64,000 nt of DNA. Source: a virus. The stretch covers positions 1-64,000 of IMG/VR virus record IMGVR_UViG_3300037200_000067. One strand, 5' to 3'. How positions within the stretch are numbered: position 1 is the stretch's first letter; each line of letters opens with the position of its first letter. A program made the position numbers and the translations under genes. Under the pieces are notes generated by a model. It was not told the DNA's origin, made no database searches, and saw only the letters and a list, made by a program, of their open reading frames with translations. Shown here in pieces: positions 55,559 through 64,000 of this stretch.

Positions 55559-56323
55559 ATGATTCCGGCGCCAGTCCTAGTTCAACTCGGGACGATCGGC
55601 CTCTCGCCGGACCAACTTGCGGCCGTCGCTGAAATGCTTCGCACGGTTGAAGAAGCCACGATCACGGACCTCAGCGGCCGGATCGAAGTCGCCGAGGAGG
55701 AGGCGCTTCGCCTCGCGCGGGCGAAAAATGCCGATCGGCAGGCGCGCTTTCGAGAGCGCCAAGCGGCAAATAGTAACGTTACTTCTGACAATTTAACGTT
55801 ACGTAACGTTACGAAACGTTACGCGACTCGCGCGCCCACGCGTGCGCCCGGTCTTCTTTTCGAAGAAAGAGTAGAAGAGTCCCCCGTTGACGCTAAGAAG
55901 CGTCAACAGCCCCCAAGGGGGCGCGACGACGAAAACAGCCGGGCTCGTCGATTGCCAAAAGATTGGCTCCCATCGGAAGCCCATCGCTCCCAAGCCGCAG
56001 CGCTTGGCCTTACGCCGCTGGAGCACGAGGAGATCGCAACCGAATTTCAGAATTATTGGTGGTCGGAAGGCGGGCAGAAAGCCCGCAAAATCGATTGGGA
56101 ACGGACCTACACGAATCGCCTGAATGAACAGGCAAAACGGGTTTTGAAAGGAAAGCAAAATGGGCGACGAAGAACTGTTCACGACGCAGCCCGCGACCTC
56201 TGCGATTACGTCGATGCCGGCGGCAAGCTCAACATCCCTCCCATCCCTCCAGTCCCATCGTTGTTCGAACTCCGTAGCGTCCCAACGAGCCCGTCTTTTG
56301 CTCGGCTGCTACCGGAAAGGTGA
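55559..56323 (+). CDS. Replication initiator protein (DnaT-like C-terminus)
   Basis: NADRQARFRER, LP.DW.PS and F.NYW.....K..K.DW motifs; contains an internal iteron cluster. Confidence 0.7.
   Translation: MIPAPVLVQLGTIGLSPDQLAAVAEMLRTVEEATITDLSGRIEVAEEEALRLARAKNADRQARFRERQAANSNVTSDNLTLRNVTKRYATRAPTRAPGLLFEERVEESPVDAKKRQQPPRGRDDENSRARRLPKDWLPSEAHRSQAAALGLTPLEHEEIATEFQNYWWSEGGQKARKIDWERTYTNRLNEQAKRVLKGKQNGRRRTVHDAARDLCDYVDAGGKLNIPPIPPVPSLFELRSVPTSPSFARLLPER
55773..55822. repeat. Iteron cluster / probable replication origin
   Basis: Four AACGTTAC copies (55775, 55795, 55805, 55815) at 10-bp phasing in an AT-rich patch inside the initiator gene. Confidence 0.7.
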
Positions 56324-56789
56324 GGCCGAGGACCCGGATACCTTCCTGACAGCCCTTGTTTCGATCTTGATGGGCTATCCCGAATCGGTCGTGATCCGCG
56401 TGACCGACCCGCGCACGGGCATTCCTGGATCATCGAAATTCCTGCCAACGATCGCCGACGTGCGCCACGAGTGCGAAGTCGCCATGGCGCCGATCTATCG
56501 GGAACGCGAGAGAGTCGCCAAGGCGGCGCAGGCCGAGGAGCGGGAGCGCAAAGAGGCGCAGGGCGACCCTCAGAAGCGGGCAGAAACGCTTGCGCGTCTC
56601 AAGGCGGCATATCCGGGCATGTTCAACGAGACGGGCCGTGGGGCAGGCTCCCTGAAGCCGATCGCGGACATAATCGAGGAGCGCAAGACGGATTGGTCCA
56701 AGCCGTGCGGGCCGCTCTCGCCAGCCGTCCTGAAAACGCTCGGCCTGCTACAGGAGGAACCCGAACCGGACCCACGCGATTACGAATGA
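56160..56789 (+). CDS. Putative helicase loader / replication partner
   Basis: Follows and overlaps the initiator; DP..F......L..YP..V.....DP..G......FLPT.A. Confidence 0.5.
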   Translation: MGDEELFTTQPATSAITSMPAASSTSLPSLQSHRCSNSVASQRARLLLGCYRKGEAEDPDTFLTALVSILMGYPESVVIRVTDPRTGIPGSSKFLPTIADVRHECEVAMAPIYRERERVAKAAQAEERERKEAQGDPQKRAETLARLKAAYPGMFNETGRGAGSLKPIADIIEERKTDWSKPCGPLSPAVLKTLGLLQEEPEPDPRDYE

Positions 56790-56925
56790 TCACTATCATT
56801 GAGGTTGATCGGCGGGGCTGCAACCCCCGCCTAGATCAGTCGTGACAACGCGCGCCGTCGCCTAAAGCTATTTAGACGAAACGGGAGCGCTTGTCATCAT
56901 GACAACTATAGATTCTGGCGAAAAC

Positions 56926-57159
56926 TCACGATCCGGTGAGCAAGCTCCACGGGTCGAGATGGAACACCAACCCGAGCGTACAGGAAAGCAAAACGCACAC
57001 GCCGCAAATCAAATATAGGCCACCGACGATTTGCCGACCGTCATAAATAAAGTATTGCCACCCTTTGACTTGAAGATAAATGGAAGGGAGGCTGAACAGA
57101 AGACAACTGACAAGGGAGAAGAGGGAAGTGAATTCTGGACTCCGGTTAAAGGGGGTCAT
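56926..57159 (-). CDS. Small membrane protein
   Basis: Two TM helices; locally lower GC. Confidence 0.5.
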   Translation of the reverse strand: MTPFNRSPEFTSLFSLVSCLLFSLPSIYLQVKGWQYFIYDGRQIVGGLYLICGVCVLLSCTLGLVFHLDPWSLLTGS

Positions 57160-57304
57160 AGTATCCACCGCGCGAAGACGTAGCAGATGGCGACGGACCC
57201 TGCCAAATGGATAAGACCAAACACCATGTCGGGTTCCCGCATATGAGTAACCTCGCCGAGGATTGAGAGGATCAGCATGAAGGCGAACTTCTGCCGGAAC
57301 TCGC

Positions 57305-57601
57305 TCATACCGCCCTCGCAAAGCGCAGCTTGGCGTGCCTCGACAGCCACGCCTGAAAGCGCTCAGGAGACCCGTGGCAGGCCGCTGGCGCATGACGGCG
57401 CAGGAAGCCCATGATGGCCTTCAATGCCGCCGTGGACTGGTCGTCGCCGTGCCGGCAGGCTCCATCCAGGTCGTTGCGCAGGACCGCGCAGAGGAAGTGG
57501 CCCGGAACCACGCCGAACTTGATCCAGCGGCGCAAGCCGGCGCGCAGGTGCTCGGGCACGTATTCGAGGCCCTTTTCGAGATCGTCATCGTCAATCATCA
57601 C
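57305..57601 (-). CDS. Hypothetical protein
   Basis: G..PG.FL.AVL.NDL..A...D...P..C.GS motif. Confidence 0.65.
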   Translation of the reverse strand: MMIDDDDLEKGLEYVPEHLRAGLRRWIKFGVVPGHFLCAVLRNDLDGACRHGDDQSTAALKAIMGFLRRHAPAACHGSPERFQAWLSRHAKLRFARAV

Positions 57602-57882
57602 GCGTTCCCTATGGTTGAGGGCATGACCTCGTCAAGGTCGACCCGGCTGTCAAAACGGACGATCCGAAAGCGGATTCCTTGCTGGACGGGACCGTCTGGC
57701 GCGTCCAGCATTTTCGTCGCCATCGCCGTAATGCGCGGGACGTTTGCGGGCTCCGAGCACATGAGCGGATACCACGCGCCGTTCATTTGATAGGAGACGA
57801 GTCCCTCGTGGCCTTCTGGCGTGAGGGACAGGACAAACCAGATAAATTCCATCCGGTTGTGGGCGTGCGGGGCTTCGGTCAT
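57598..57882 (-). CDS. Hypothetical protein
   Basis: Coupled overlaps with both neighbours. Confidence 0.55.
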   Translation of the reverse strand: MTEAPHAHNRMEFIWFVLSLTPEGHEGLVSYQMNGAWYPLMCSEPANVPRITAMATKMLDAPDGPVQQGIRFRIVRFDSRVDLDEVMPSTIGNA

Positions 57883-58193
57883 TTGAACCCCGTGATTCTG
57901 ATGCCAGCGTTTGGCCCGCGATAGTCGCGAATGAAATCAGCGAAGGGTTTTCCTTCCGGACAGCGAGCCTTGATGAAGGACTCCTCGTTGTACTTTCGGA
58001 TCGTCGCGAGAAAGCGCGGCGCGCATGCCGGGCAGACGCCCTTCGACTCGAAAATGAAGCCGCCAGAGACGGCGCTATCCGTGCAATCAGCGTCGCAAAG
58101 ATCGCAGACCACCGTGCGCCCCACGGGGACAATCGTTCCTTGGTTTGCGGCGGCTTCGTCCCATTTGTTTTGCAGTTCTTTCGGTAATGTCAC
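57879..58193 (-). CDS. Zn-finger hypothetical protein
   Basis: CDLC...CPAC. Confidence 0.6.
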   Translation of the reverse strand: MTLPKELQNKWDEAAANQGTIVPVGRTVVCDLCDADCTDSAVSGGFIFESKGVCPACAPRFLATIRKYNEESFIKARCPEGKPFADFIRDYRGPNAGIRITGFK

Positions 58194-58744
58194 GGTCTGT
58201 CCTCCTCCAGATGAATTACGACGCCGCCGATCGCTGCGGCGACCTCCTCGGCGCTATGCTCTTTGTCCCGCATGGCGGAATGAAGTTCCAGCCAGTCCGC
58301 GTTGTCGCCGAAGTGCGGCGCCACCAGCAGAAAAGCGTCCGTCGAACTATGCCTGATCAGCGCGGCGACGCCCTCCTTTGCGCGGCGCTGGACATAAGCC
58401 CGGAGTGCCGGATCACGATGCGCGTCGCGAAAACGCGGGTCGCACCAAACCTGGATCACAGGGATTGCAGTCTCGACGCCATCGTCGGTCTTGTGCCGGA
58501 CAAAATCAGGAACCACGTCGATCACGTAGCGCGAGCGGTCGGGCCGCGAAAGATCAGCCGTGTCATCGTTCGTCAGCCATCGGCATGTCCAGACCTTGCA
58601 CGACCACGGCATTTCGCGAGAGCCGTAGATCACGCAGCCTTTGCCGTACCTTTGATGCTGGCACTTGTGGTTGCCGGGCTTGGATATTTCCTTCACCGGC
58701 AACAAGGAACAGCACAAAGTACAGTCGCCGCATTCGCGTCTCAT
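58190..58744 (-). CDS. YkgJ-like CxxCxxCC cysteine-cluster protein
   Basis: RECGDCTLCC...C.H....GC.IY....P.SC..W.C.WL. Confidence 0.75.
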   Translation of the reverse strand: MRRECGDCTLCCSLLPVKEISKPGNHKCQHQRYGKGCVIYGSREMPWSCKVWTCRWLTNDDTADLSRPDRSRYVIDVVPDFVRHKTDDGVETAIPVIQVWCDPRFRDAHRDPALRAYVQRRAKEGVAALIRHSSTDAFLLVAPHFGDNADWLELHSAMRDKEHSAEEVAAAIGGVVIHLEEDRP

Positions 58745-58757
58745 GGCGTTTCGCTCC

Positions 58758-59522
58758 TCAAATATGGCAGTCGATCACGGTGATCCATTGGTCGGGCCGG
58801 ATGGCCGCAAGGATGGCGTCAGCCTCCTGCTGCCAGTCCGGATTGTCGTCGCTTGAAATGTCCCACCAGCCCATCGGACCGCGCTCTCGCCACTCGCCGT
58901 CGACGACGAATCCCCAACTGGAAAGCGCTGGCGCCGAGGCGATCCAGTCGTCCAGCGTTTGGCCCTCGGGAACGTTGAAGTCTCCCCATGTGTCGTCCCG
59001 CGCAAGACAAAGACCCCTCTCGCTCTGGCTAGCGAGCCACTCGTAGATGCCGTCGACAGTGCGCTGCCGATCGCGCACGCGCATCCGTTTCATGAATGCC
59101 ATGGCGACGTCGCCAAAGCGCGCACTGTCGACCTCGACGGCGTTCGCAAGAGCGATCTTGCCCTTGTAGCGACCGCCGATCTGCCACCAGTCCCATTTGC
59201 GGTTCGGGTTCGTGCGGTCGATCACCCTCAGCAGGTTGCCGCCAGCGTCAACTTCAATGCTGCCGTACTTGGCGTCGACGTGCGTGCCGGGGTGCTTGAT
59301 GGGCACGCCATAATACTCAGCGGCCCACTCGGCCGGCGACTGTTCTCGCTCGTCATCGCCACGCTTGGCATAGGCCGCGAGCGCCTCCGTCGTCTTGTCG
59401 ACGTCGACGACGTACTCCTCAAAACCCGTGCTTTCGTATTCATGCCACGGCAGCAAGATCGCATGGAGCGCCGCTTCGGTTGGTTTTTCGTCTGTCACGA
59501 CGATCATTGAAAAATGGCTCAT
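58758..59522 (-). CDS. Hypothetical protein
   Basis: MSHF...V, NPN.KWDWWQIGGR, DGEW.E.G.MGWW and VIDCHI motifs of a common phage family. Confidence 0.75.
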   Translation of the reverse strand: MSHFSMIVVTDEKPTEAALHAILLPWHEYESTGFEEYVVDVDKTTEALAAYAKRGDDEREQSPAEWAAEYYGVPIKHPGTHVDAKYGSIEVDAGGNLLRVIDRTNPNRKWDWWQIGGRYKGKIALANAVEVDSARFGDVAMAFMKRMRVRDRQRTVDGIYEWLASQSERGLCLARDDTWGDFNVPEGQTLDDWIASAPALSSWGFVVDGEWRERGPMGWWDISSDDNPDWQQEADAILAAIRPDQWITVIDCHI

Positions 59523-59959
59523 GATTTTACCTCCTCTTTCGTCGCCAAAAAATCTCGCCACTGGCGCACGGTGTAATTGATCCAAGCGTCGAAGCTGTCG
59601 CGTCCGGTTCGTTGCGCCTCCAGACGCGCGATTGCGCGCGCAGCGAAAGCCCGTGAGGCCGGGTCGTGCGAAAGCAGCGGGGATGGTCGCGTGTCGGTCA
59701 TTTCGGCCTCTGTGGCGCGCTCAACGCTTTCCAGTCGACTATTCCTCGCGATTCCCATCCATCCGCCTTGCACCGATCGCAAAACATCTGGACGTGGCCG
59801 CTCTTGTGCTTGCCGGCCCATGACGCGGGTCTGCCGCATTCGTGGTTGAAAGTGCCGGGTTCGCAATTCGTACAGCGTTCAGCCATGAAATTCCCCCTCT
59901 CGTCGCCCTCGTTGGCGCATCGCATGGCCGGCGTCTCTGCCCGCCGGCCAGTCATCGCG

Positions 59960-60388
59960 TCAGTCAGATTGACTAGCCCTCCGCGCTTCTCTTTTCGCGT
60001 TTTTGCGCAACTGGCGCCGAGTTGGCGGGGGCGCGAGAGCAGCGAAGCCTTCACGCCTCCAGTATGTACGCGCCTCCTCCACAAACAAGAGAAAGACATT
60101 CGCCGGTAGACGAGCCTGCGCGACCCGTACAAAAATCGTCTCGAATGAGAACCTAGCGCCCTCCTCAAGGATCAATCGCATGTCCCCGATCTGGCGGATT
60201 AGGTTAGAGCGCTCCGCATTGTCCGTCTCCGCACGCAACCTCACCTTGAGCGCGTCGTATTGTTCCTTAAGGGACGTAAGGACTTCCATTGTATCGCTCG
60301 ACTCTCCGTATCCGCGCGCTGAAATTCGCGTCGAAAAGTCGCCCGTCTTTCCCATGAATTGCTCTGACGTCGAGGTCTTCTTAAACAT
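59960..60388 (-). CDS. Hypothetical protein
   Basis: ATG after GGAGGAG RBS. Confidence 0.55.
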   Translation of the reverse strand: MFKKTSTSEQFMGKTGDFSTRISARGYGESSDTMEVLTSLKEQYDALKVRLRAETDNAERSNLIRQIGDMRLILEEGARFSFETIFVRVAQARLPANVFLLFVEEARTYWRREGFAALAPPPTRRQLRKNAKREARRASQSD

Positions 60389-60420
60389 TGTCGCTCCTCC
60401 CGTTGCCAGTGATCGTCGCG

Positions 60421-60675
60421 TCAGTGCAATTCGTCGTCGTCCACAAGCTCCACAAAGCCAAGCCGCTGCGCAATCTGGCCCATGGGAAACTCGTCTTTGT
60501 GCGCGTTCCAAAAGCCTCGGCAGCACGCGTCTTTCGAGTAGTGACAGACCCGATGGCCTTTGAAGCCCATGTGTTTGTCGCGCACCTGATCTTCGAGGTG
60601 CGCGAGGTTCAGCGGCGAGTCCTTCCGGTAGATGCATGTGGCGCAAGGCTCGCGCTGAACACGAAACATCAGCAC
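60421..60675 (-). CDS. Cys-rich hypothetical protein
   Basis: CATC.YR..SP...CH.....CCRGF. Confidence 0.6.
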   Translation of the reverse strand: MLMFRVQREPCATCIYRKDSPLNLAHLEDQVRDKHMGFKGHRVCHYSKDACCRGFWNAHKDEFPMGQIAQRLGFVELVDDDELH

Positions 60676-61528
60676 TCCACTCCCGTTTGCGCCAGCGCGC
60701 GATTGCGCCGGTTCATGCGCTGGACGCGGCGATGATCCGTCGCGAGACGTCGCGCCAGTTCTTCAACGGCCTCATCGTCAAGGAAATGCAAAAGTCCCTT
60801 GCGGCGCACCATGTCGTCGAATGCGCTAGCGACGCGCGATTCGCTGAAATCCTTGATCAGCCGCTCATGTCTTTGCCGTCGCGGTATCATGGCATTCACT
60901 CCTCTCGGATCACGATGTTTTCGTTGCCCCACGGATATTTGCCGTCAGGCTCCCGATCAAAATCGCCGTGCAGGAGATAGTCCTCTACGGCGTTTGCGAC
61001 GACATCGAACTCTGTGCTGGTGGGCGCTTCCCAGATGGCTTCCGGCGAGCGCTTGCTGTCGCTGATCGCGTGGATTGCGACCGCAACCGCGTGATGCGTA
61101 TTGCGACTGGCGCTCCATTCACGATCGACATTCGGGGTCTGATACATGCGATTTTTCATGGCCCTTCCCTCCTCTTGATAACCTTGTGCAGGGCGCTCAC
61201 GATGTCGGGGATCGACCAGCGCCCTAAGTCGACCAGGTAGTGCATGACCGCCGTCTGGTTGTTGGCGACGTCCGATGGCGTCGCCGCGACCATTTCGGCG
61301 ATGATCTGCTGATAGTCCCACGCGTCGAGGCTCGCCCCGCGCGCAACGTCCATGGGATCGCGGTTCACGGTCAGCACCAAACGACTTCTGAATAGGCCAT
61401 GAACCTTTCATCGCCATATTCGTCGTCGCCCTCGAAATGGCCCCTGTCGTTGAACAGTGTGTGGCAGGCATACCAGTGTGTCAGGCCGCGCATCTTCACG
61501 CGGCCTGACAAAACTTGCGCCATGGTGC

Positions 61529-61843
61529 TCATGCGACCTCCCTCAGCATTTCCGCATGGCGATACTCGACGCGCACCTTGCGGTCGGTGCGCGTGCCCGT
61601 GCATTCCGAAAGCTGGCGAGCCGTCAAAAACGTCTTGCCTTTCTTCGCATCGAACGTGCCCACGGTGACATCGTCGATATGGATGGTGGCCGAAGCGCCA
61701 TCGATCTCAGGCAAGCCCCGCGCCAGCACTTCGGCCTTCAGCGGCTCCAGCGCCTTTTCTGCCGCCTTGGCTTGGGCGTGCGCCCTCGCATAGGCGTCGG
61801 CCAGAGCCCTGCGGCTCAAGCCCTTGATTTCAGCGTTCGTCAT
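61529..61843 (-). CDS. Hypothetical protein
   Basis: First gene of the leftward unit; GGAGA RBS. Confidence 0.55.
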   Translation of the reverse strand: MTNAEIKGLSRRALADAYARAHAQAKAAEKALEPLKAEVLARGLPEIDGASATIHIDDVTVGTFDAKKGKTFLTARQLSECTGTRTDRKVRVEYRHAEMLREVA

Positions 61844-61909
61844 CGCGTTCTCCAGTCGTCGCCGGAATATCTCCCGCGTTATGAAAAAATATATACGAGC
61901 GATCGACTG

Positions 61910-61938
61910 TTTACAACAGAAACCGGACACGCTATAGA
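61910..61938 (+). promoter_or_regulatory. Putative sigma70 promoter
   Basis: TTTACA-17 bp-TATAGA in an AT-rich divergent gap, 4 bp before ATG 61943. Confidence 0.55.
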
Positions 61939-61942
61939 AAAT

Positions 61943-62170
61943 ATGTTGGACGCGAAAAGGGAGCCTGGAGCCGTGGCGGCACAACCCGTAAAAGCCGATG
62001 AAAAGCCGAAGCCGGAACGCCTGTTTCTGGGCGAGTTTGCGATTGAGCTTCGCGACGTGATCGAGGACGAGCGCGCGCACGAGCGACCAATCCCAGCCTT
62101 CAAGGCGATGGTCGAGACCCTGATCCGCGAAGCCGCTGCCGCGCGCCGCGCCAAACGCGAGAAGCCCTGA
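61943..62170 (+). CDS. Small putative ribbon-helix-helix DNA-binding protein
   Basis: LRDVIEDERA.ERPIP....MVETLIREA. Confidence 0.5.
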   Translation: MLDAKREPGAVAAQPVKADEKPKPERLFLGEFAIELRDVIEDERAHERPIPAFKAMVETLIREAAAARRAKREKP

Positions 62171-62637
62171 TGGCCTTCAAGTCACCATTCTGGACCGAGG
62201 AACGCGCGAAACAGCTTCTCGCGCTCGACGCCGAAGGAAAAACCTCAGTCGTCATCGCGCAGGAAATAGGCTCGACCAAAGGCGCGGTCATCAGCAAGCT
62301 CGCGAGCCTGCGCGGCCGGCGCCCGAAGGCCGCGCCGAAGCCCAGCGTCGAAAAACGCCAGAGGCCTGTCAGCGACGCTCCCAAGCCGTTTGGAAAGGCT
62401 CGACCCACGCCAGTTACGGATGCTGGCGCGCCGGCGCCGGCCAGCCGATTTGTCTGTTGGGATGCGCTCGACCTCGGGACCGACTGCAAATTTCCGATCG
62501 GCGATCCCAAAGAGGATTTTGAAGGACTTCGATATTGCGGCGCGCCGCAAGCGCCAGAATCGCGCTCGTGGTGCGCATGGCATTTCGATCTGTGCTTCCC
62601 GACGCGCGGGCAGCGTTACCAGAGGAGGGTTGCGTGA
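62170..62637 (+). CDS. gcrA: GcrA-family cell cycle regulator
   Basis: WTEER...L..L..EG.....IA..IG.TK.AVI.K and L.L....CKFPIGDP.....YCG........WC.WH. Confidence 0.85.
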   Translation: MAFKSPFWTEERAKQLLALDAEGKTSVVIAQEIGSTKGAVISKLASLRGRRPKAAPKPSVEKRQRPVSDAPKPFGKARPTPVTDAGAPAPASRFVCWDALDLGTDCKFPIGDPKEDFEGLRYCGAPQAPESRSWCAWHFDLCFPTRGQRYQRRVA

Positions 62638-62975
62638 AGCGTTGCACCATATTGATATTCGCCTTGTGGCTGTCCGGGTGCGGCTATTCGTCCGTAGAAA
62701 ACGAGGCCGTGGGACAGGCCAAGAAGATTGCCAACGCCACCCCGTTGCTTTGCTATGATCATATCGACTTCGATATGAGTCTCGGCGTCATGCGAAACGG
62801 CACCGGCTCAATGTCAACAGAGGACATGTGGTTCACGCTTCAGAACCCTGCTGATGCCGAGGTGCTTAAAGCCGCAGTCGCGAAGGGCGCGGTCGTCCGC
62901 CTTCAATACAAGGTGGCGCGCGTCACGTTGTGCATCGAAAACTATATCATCACCAAGGTCATATCGGTGGAGTAG
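62634..62975 (+). CDS. Lipoprotein
   Basis: Lipobox LSGC after a hydrophobic stretch; GGAGG RBS. Confidence 0.65.
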   Translation: MKRCTILIFALWLSGCGYSSVENEAVGQAKKIANATPLLCYDHIDFDMSLGVMRNGTGSMSTEDMWFTLQNPADAEVLKAAVAKGAVVRLQYKVARVTLCIENYIITKVISVE

Positions 62976-62980
62976 CTTTT

Positions 62981-63190
62981 GTGGATCAGCCGGACTTCAT
63001 CTACTTCGAGTGCCCAGAATGCGGCTTTAGCAGCGTTCAAAAATCGACGTTTGATGGTTCGGACGATTGTCCGCTTTGTGCGGGCGACAGCGGGCATGTG
63101 GTGAGGATGCGCGAGCGCGTTTGTCGCTCGACCGACAGGCCGGAGGGCCGCGATGCGCGGGTGGTCGCAGATTTGGGACCGATAACGTGA
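62981..63190 (+). CDS. Small zinc-ribbon protein
   Basis: CPECG...CPLC. Confidence 0.55.
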   Translation: MDQPDFIYFECPECGFSSVQKSTFDGSDDCPLCAGDSGHVVRMRERVCRSTDRPEGRDARVVADLGPIT

Positions 63191-63803
63191 CCAATCGCCC
63201 GCATGGTTCGAGGGCCGCAGAGAAGCGGCCGCTCTCTCAAACCCCGTCAGCGATAGCGGCGCGCGAACGTCGCCTGACAGCCGCCATAAACAAATTCGAC
63301 GCCGAGTGGCATGCCGAAATCGGGGCGAAGATGAAAGCGGAGAACATGACTTACGATGAGGCGTTCGTTGCCTGCGGAGGAACGATCCTGCCGCTCTGTT
63401 TATGGCGGCTGTTTCCCTTGAAACCAGACGAGGAGTCGTGACGATGACCGCCCAGTCCGAAGCCCACGAGAAGCTCGTGGCTGAGATCGCGCAGCTTTTG
63501 GCCGGCCGCGATTGCGCCGTCCATGCCGAGGAACGGCAGGACGCCCGCGCCGTCCTCTCTCTTATCGCAGAGCGCCTGTCCGACGTGACGCCGGAAATGG
63601 TGGAAGCGTGGGGTGCCGCTTATCCGTCTAGGACGCCAGACCCGACGTGGACGGACGAAAACTGCGCGCGCTGCGATTTTGTCGCTATGATCGCCGCCTC
63701 TCCTCTCATGCCCGGCACTGACGCCACGCTCGACACCGCGCGCCGCTAAGCTACAGTCTACTTTCCGTGAGGGGACGCGGAATCAGGGGGAAAGGGGAAA
63801 TCT

Positions 63804-64000
63804 ATGGGGGAAGACCAGCCGCGACGTCTCAGCCGCAACGAGACGCACGACCTTGGGATGATCATCAAGGAGCGCGCGAAGGTACTGAAATCCTACGCGA
63901 GTGAGCAGGCGGCGAAATGCATGGCCGATTTTGAGGCCAAACTCGCGGCCGAATATCATTGGGACCAGGACGCGGCGTGGAAGGCCGCGACCAAAGAGGC
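63804..64000 (+). CDS. Hypothetical protein, truncated by the window end
   Basis: ATG after AGGGG; frame open to the end (MGEDQPRRLSRNETHDL...). Confidence 0.6.
   Translation, partial: MGEDQPRRLSRNETHDLGMIIKERAKVLKSYASEQAAKCMADFEAKLAAEYHWDQDAAWKAATKE

Noticed and set aside
55793-55807. CtrA box in the origin
   Set aside because: TTAA-N7 is followed by TAAC rather than TTAA, and the iterons already explain the sequence.
56856-56885. Hammerhead ribozyme (GACGAAAC present)
   Set aside because: The required CUGANGA core is not positioned upstream on either strand.
1-64000. CRISPR array, tRNA or rRNA genes
   Set aside because: I saw no regularly spaced direct repeats with unique spacers and no cloverleaf or rRNA signatures; tRNAscan-SE would be needed for certainty.

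Overview
The window is most of a GC-rich tailed dsDNA phage genome (siphovirus-type layout). The host is probably an alphaproteobacterium; this is inferred from a GcrA homologue, a CtrA-like DNA-binding domain and a canonical parS palindrome. Layout: 0.4-32.4 kb (+) is the head block (DUF1073-type portal, MuF, DUF2213-type prohead protease/scaffold, decoration protein, DUF2184-type major capsid), then fibres, neck, tail and a glycosyl-/methyltransferase pair. 32.4-33.6 kb (-) is a nucleotidyltransferase cassette and 33.8-37.4 kb (+) is lysis. 37.6-51 kb (-) holds early accessory and recombination genes (ERF, YqaJ). 51-56.8 kb (+) holds Cro, two ParB-methyltransferase fusions, RuvC and the replication initiator with iterons. 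57-64 kb holds small accessory genes including GcrA. I saw no terminase, integrase, CI repressor, tRNA, rRNA or CRISPR array. Best candidates for new biology: (1) Enzyme cargo is built into the head proteins: an ADP-ribosyltransferase/Tpt1-fold domain and a glycine zipper on the portal, an Acb1-like 2H phosphoesterase inside MuF, and zinc ribbons inside the protease. These inserts are bounded by recurring Asp motifs and carry a shared (R/H)DxxG(R/K/Q)(F/W)T tag, suggesting a protease-released, virion-delivered anti-defence payload. (2) A 1037-aa multi-domain glycosyl/methyltransferase has an N-terminus paralogous to the small protein encoded right after the major capsid gene, suggesting head-targeted virion glycosylation. 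(3) A perfect host-type parS site abuts the endolysin ribosome-binding site, alongside mimics of host cell-cycle regulators. All family assignments come from motif recognition by eye; no database searches were run.
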